Shown here: one piece after another, positions 61,201 through 64,000 of the stretch
Position numbering within the stretch: position 1 is the stretch's first letter
How the letters are laid out: the number at the start of each line of letters is the position of its first letter
DNA from: Phoronis australis
Taxonomy: Eukaryota; Animalia; Phoronida
Length of the DNA stretch: 64,000 nucleotides
Assembly: GCA_002633005.1 (NCBI GenBank)
Contig: NMRA01000581.1
Location: 34,762 to 98,761, forward strand
Direction: 5' to 3'
Translations under genes and position numbers: made by a program
Notes under the pieces: generated by a model
What the model was told of the DNA's origin: nothing
The model's database searches: none
Seen by the model: the letters and a program-made list of their open reading frames with translations, nothing else

Positions 61201-63315
61201 AGTTGAAATTAAAAATCATTGTAAAATCATTATTTTAGCAAAAAAGTTGAGCTACTAACTCGAAAAACTTCCTCCGTTTCATTCTTGAAATAGCCTGATA
61301 ATCGGCGAATTGCGAGGCCTCTTCTATGGCCATGTGTTTCACAGGCCTAACCTATAAGCAACGACTTCTGTGATTTGTGAATTGCTTACTTCATCTAATT
61401 CCGGCTATTTACGCCTAAATACGTACTGTTGACAAAATGGCAAAGCACGTGTGGATGCATATTCCGAGCTGTGAAGAAAGTAGCTTCTGAAAGAGGGAAC
61501 ATCTGTTTTTGCGACGTTATTTCAAAGATTGACAATCTCTTATTCAAGGGACCATGGAATTTATACTGCAAGTTGTATAGCGTGTTTTTTTGCGGACATG
61601 GTGACTGCACTGACTTCGTAGCGTGTTGAGCTGACGATAATACTTTAGCCACAGTCGAGCCTCAAGTCTTGACTCGAAGTCTTTTCACAGGCAGTACGGT
61701 GGTACGTGATCACAGACACTTGCAGCAAATAATCATTCAAAACTTTTGTGAATAGTTAAGAAAATATCGGTGCCAAACATTGTCCAGTGCAGATTCATCA
61801 GGGCTTGGAATTTTCCGCGGAAACGCAGATTTCCGCTTTTTTCAAATGTTCTGTCCGCATATTTTATTATATTTCCGCATCAAAAAAATCAGATTTGATA
61901 TAAAATTTCCACGGCAAATTTCTTTCTTACCGCGGTGTTGCCGATGACTTTCACCTCGAAAAGCGGAAGTTGCTCTTTATGTTTCGGGGGAATGTAAATT
62001 GTCAACATTGCCGGGGCACCTGGGATAGCGTGGTGGATTTCTTCAATGGCGTCTCGTGAGATTGTAAATCGCGGTGACAAATACTACGACTCTGCAGCCA
62101 AAAATATGTGGAGGTGGGAGTGGTCGGACGAGCTAAAAAGATGCAGACGCACGCTTCTGGAGGTGGTACCTTTTTTTTAGTCCTCCTGATTTTTGTCTGC
62201 AAAAGGTCCACATCGACAATTTCAAGGCTGGGTACGCGCATGTTTGGGGCCGTAAAAATTTCTGCTTTTTTTGTCTTGGGTCATTCCAAGCCCTAATTCA
62301 TCAACACATTTTTGCAGATATGTTTTTGTGTTATGAAATGAGGTGTATACACATTAGGCATGTATTAACATAACTGAGCTCAGTAAGGACATTTGATTAT
62401 CAGGATCTTTTCACTATGCGCGTTGTCCCTCAACTAAAGACTTAAATTATTCTGAAAATTTGTGATCAATTTACTACATGTGTTATAGAAACTGTTTGAG
62501 AGGCAAGTAAGTAGGGAAAGTACCTATGTGCGTACCCAGGGGGGGTGCTTGAATGAGTCCCCCATTTGGCAAAGTGGGCGAAAAGGTTCTGTAAGAAACC
62601 AAAAGTCTGAGAAAACTAAATAGAAGTCCACAAAAGAGGCAAGAATTCGGTAAAAGCTCTGAACGCTAAGCAGCTAAGCAAAGCCCCCCTTTTTTAGTCG
62701 GTCAGATAGTGAAAGGTAAATTTGGTCTGTACGTGGAAATCGGCGAATTTACTGGAAAATCTGCAAGTCTGGCGTTCAATGTACTCCAATGCAGTTTTGG
62801 TGGTACACGGGTCTGACAATATGGTAAATGAGTGGAATGTTACTATGACTTGCTCGTCATTAAAATGAATATAGAAATATCAAACCATGATCTTGACTGG
62901 AATGTGTTACCTATGTGACCGTGATAATAACACTTGATCAACTTCTAGTCATTTGCAGCAAGGTGGACAGATTTTGAATACTGACAAAATTTCGTCAATT
63001 GTTTTCACGTGCAGTAATTGAAAAGTTACCGTCGACAAATTTCAACATGACTGTCTCCTGGGTCAAATTATTAAGAGCACCTGCTGTGCGCCACCATTAT
63101 CACCAAGTCGTGTGTTGCTTCCTTGGTTACCATGCGTAATTGTGTGTGGTGGCTCACACTCGTCTCTTGTTTTCTAGCTGAAAGACGAGGAAGGTGTCAC
63201 CATAGCTAAAATGGATGCTACAGCCAACGACGTTCCAGCACCATATGAAGTTAGTGGCTTTCCGACCTTGTTCTTTGCCAAAAAGGGAAGCAAGGATTCG
63301 CCCAAAAAATACGAG
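46151..63315 (+). CDS. PDIA3: Protein disulfide-isomerase A3 (ERp57), join(46151..46284,50242..50329,50932..51052,53561..53668,54887..55010,56291..56404,57422..57544,58379..58558,59787..59889,60778..60906,63178..63315); 454 codons, 3' end beyond the window
   Basis: Signal peptide [22 protein letters not shown]; two WCGHCK thioredoxin sites; ERp57-specific [29 protein letters not shown] and YLKSEP motifs. All 10 introns are GT-AG and phase-consistent. Confidence 0.96.
46712..47656. mobile_element. Foldback/MITE element with ~270-bp inverted arms in PDIA3 intron 1
   Basis: 46712-~46983 is the reverse complement of ~47384-47656 (ggcaatg..catcgcctctgttggcccgaccagaggcg..caccttaggaggttgtcgatg..atcgtgaactcacca); flanks tta / taa. 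Confidence 0.85.
48165..48235 (-). mobile_element. Decayed tRNA-derived SINE head
   Basis: gggcaattgctctTGGTCGACTGGttagg...gcGGGCTCGTAACtt; shares the upstream gcaattgc with the copies at ~7649 and ~36737. Confidence 0.4.
49661..49748 (+). mobile_element. Isolated LINE/SINE 3' tail, same family as 10049-10132
   Basis: ggccctcttggaaagcagtgctattactgaagag..ccctcattttaaatatcacaataataaata. Confidence 0.7.
50242..50329 (+). CDS. PDIA3: PDIA3 exon 2
   Basis: [29 protein letters not shown]. Confidence 0.95.
50932..51052 (+). CDS. PDIA3: PDIA3 exon 3
   Basis: [40 protein letters not shown]. Confidence 0.95.
51823..52659. mobile_element. Non-autonomous PIF/Harbinger-like element with TTA target-site duplication
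   Basis: tta|gggctgttccagtaaaatccgtgtgggagggggg ... cccccctcccatacagattttgctggaacagccc|tta. Confidence 0.8.
53561..53668 (+). CDS. PDIA3: PDIA3 exon 4
   Basis: [18 protein letters not shown]...EHSVI. Confidence 0.93.
54887..55010 (+). CDS. PDIA3: PDIA3 exon 5
   Basis: [29 protein letters not shown]...YGYK. Confidence 0.92.
56291..56404 (+). CDS. PDIA3: PDIA3 exon 6
   Basis: [22 protein letters not shown]...WLKAN. Confidence 0.92.
57422..57544 (+). CDS. PDIA3: PDIA3 exon 7
   Basis: [40 protein letters not shown]. Confidence 0.95.
58379..58558 (+). CDS. PDIA3: PDIA3 exon 8
   Basis: [20 protein letters not shown]...EKFVMSDKF. Confidence 0.93.
59180..59430. repeat. ~250-280-bp repeat with gtactg...cagtac ends, second copy at ~61422-61702
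   Basis: Both copies share gtactgttg.caaa.tggcaaagca..catattccgagctgtgaa..agcttctgaaaga..aacatctgtttttgc..gttatttcaaaga..catggtga..cactga..caggcagtacggtgg. Confidence 0.8.
59787..59889 (+). CDS. PDIA3: PDIA3 exon 9
   Basis: [34 protein letters not shown]. Confidence 0.93.
60603..60640. other. Assembly gap (N run) inside a G/C-run MITE-like repeat
   Basis: 38 Ns between ggggg and ccccc runs. Confidence 0.95.
60778..60906 (+). CDS. PDIA3: PDIA3 exon 10
   Basis: [43 protein letters not shown]. Confidence 0.95.
61799..62295. mobile_element. MITE with cagggcttggaat TIR containing nested repeat fragments
   Basis: attcat|cagggcttggaat ... attccaagcccta|attcat. Confidence 0.6.
63178..63315 (+). 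CDS. PDIA3: PDIA3 exon 11
   Basis: [46 protein letters not shown]|GTATGA. Confidence 0.95.
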
Positions 63316-64000
63316 GTATGAATAAGTTGAGTGTTTGTCAGTTGACATGTCTCTAAGATCCAGAAGTTAACCTAGTGGTTGTGAATCAATGCGTCTCAGA
63401 TCTCGTAATCATTAAATTCCATTGTTTTTCCATTTTATAGCTAAGCAAGTTCCATTTACTGTTTCAAAGTGGTAAATAACTTTAAAGGATGATTTGGGAA
63501 TTGCCTTACTTTTTCTGCTGTATTGTGCCACAGGTTCGTTTCTCAAAACCTTGAATTGAACAGGGCCACCTTCAGAAAGTATGAAGAACTACTTGAATAT
63601 ATCTGTTGAAAAACAAAGGTCAAAGGTCAATTGATTTGTTGCCAGAATATGTTGTATTTGATGGATAATGAAATTAATTTTTTAAGTGAAAACCGAAAAT
63701 GTTATAATGACAGAATCTGCTGTTGAAATATGGGAATTTTTTTCCAAATCTCTAGTTCTGCAAAAGAATTAGATTCCATAAGTTCCATCCATATTCTTTA
63801 AGTTTCATTCGCATTCCGTTGTCACTAAAAACCAGGGTGTCTAGAGATAATTATGCAACATGATAACTTTGCCCTCTTCCTGTTCGGCGAGAAACCTTCA
63901 AGTGGAAGGTTGATCCAGCGTATTTAAGTGATATCTGAACTTTGGATATCCGGCACTTCCTTATTACACTAGACCATTCATCTTGAATGAAATGGCACAC

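Overview
AT-rich, intron-rich animal (invertebrate-looking) genomic DNA; it is not prokaryotic, and most short ORFs in the track are noise. I could rebuild four spliced protein-coding genes with phase-consistent GT-AG junctions. (1) A C3orf38/DUF4518 homologue (minus, 3 exons, ~318 aa). (2) A gene I do not recognise, encoding a CARD-like death fold, a coiled coil and a repetitive disordered tail (minus, 4 exons, ~641 aa). (3) NR2C2AP (minus, 4 exons, 142 aa); its last intron is a U12-type (minor spliceosome) intron and its first intron holds a Merlin/IS1595-family transposon with ~140-bp TIRs, an 8-bp TSD and an intron in its transposase. (4) PDIA3/ERp57 (plus, 11 exons visible, running off the window end), head-to-head with NR2C2AP. 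The remaining DNA is full of transposon debris: a Penelope-like GIY-YIG fragment with inverted termini carrying decayed hammerhead-ribozyme motifs, a Mutator/Kolobok-type DDE transposase pseudogene, a THAP fragment, LINE ORF1/ORF2 remnants, tRNA-derived SINE heads and several MITE/foldback families. There is also a ~490-bp duplication next to an N, probably an allelic assembly overlap. I see no clear-cut new multi-gene system; the CARD-coiled-coil gene is the best candidate for novelty. All family assignments come from remembered motifs, not database searches.
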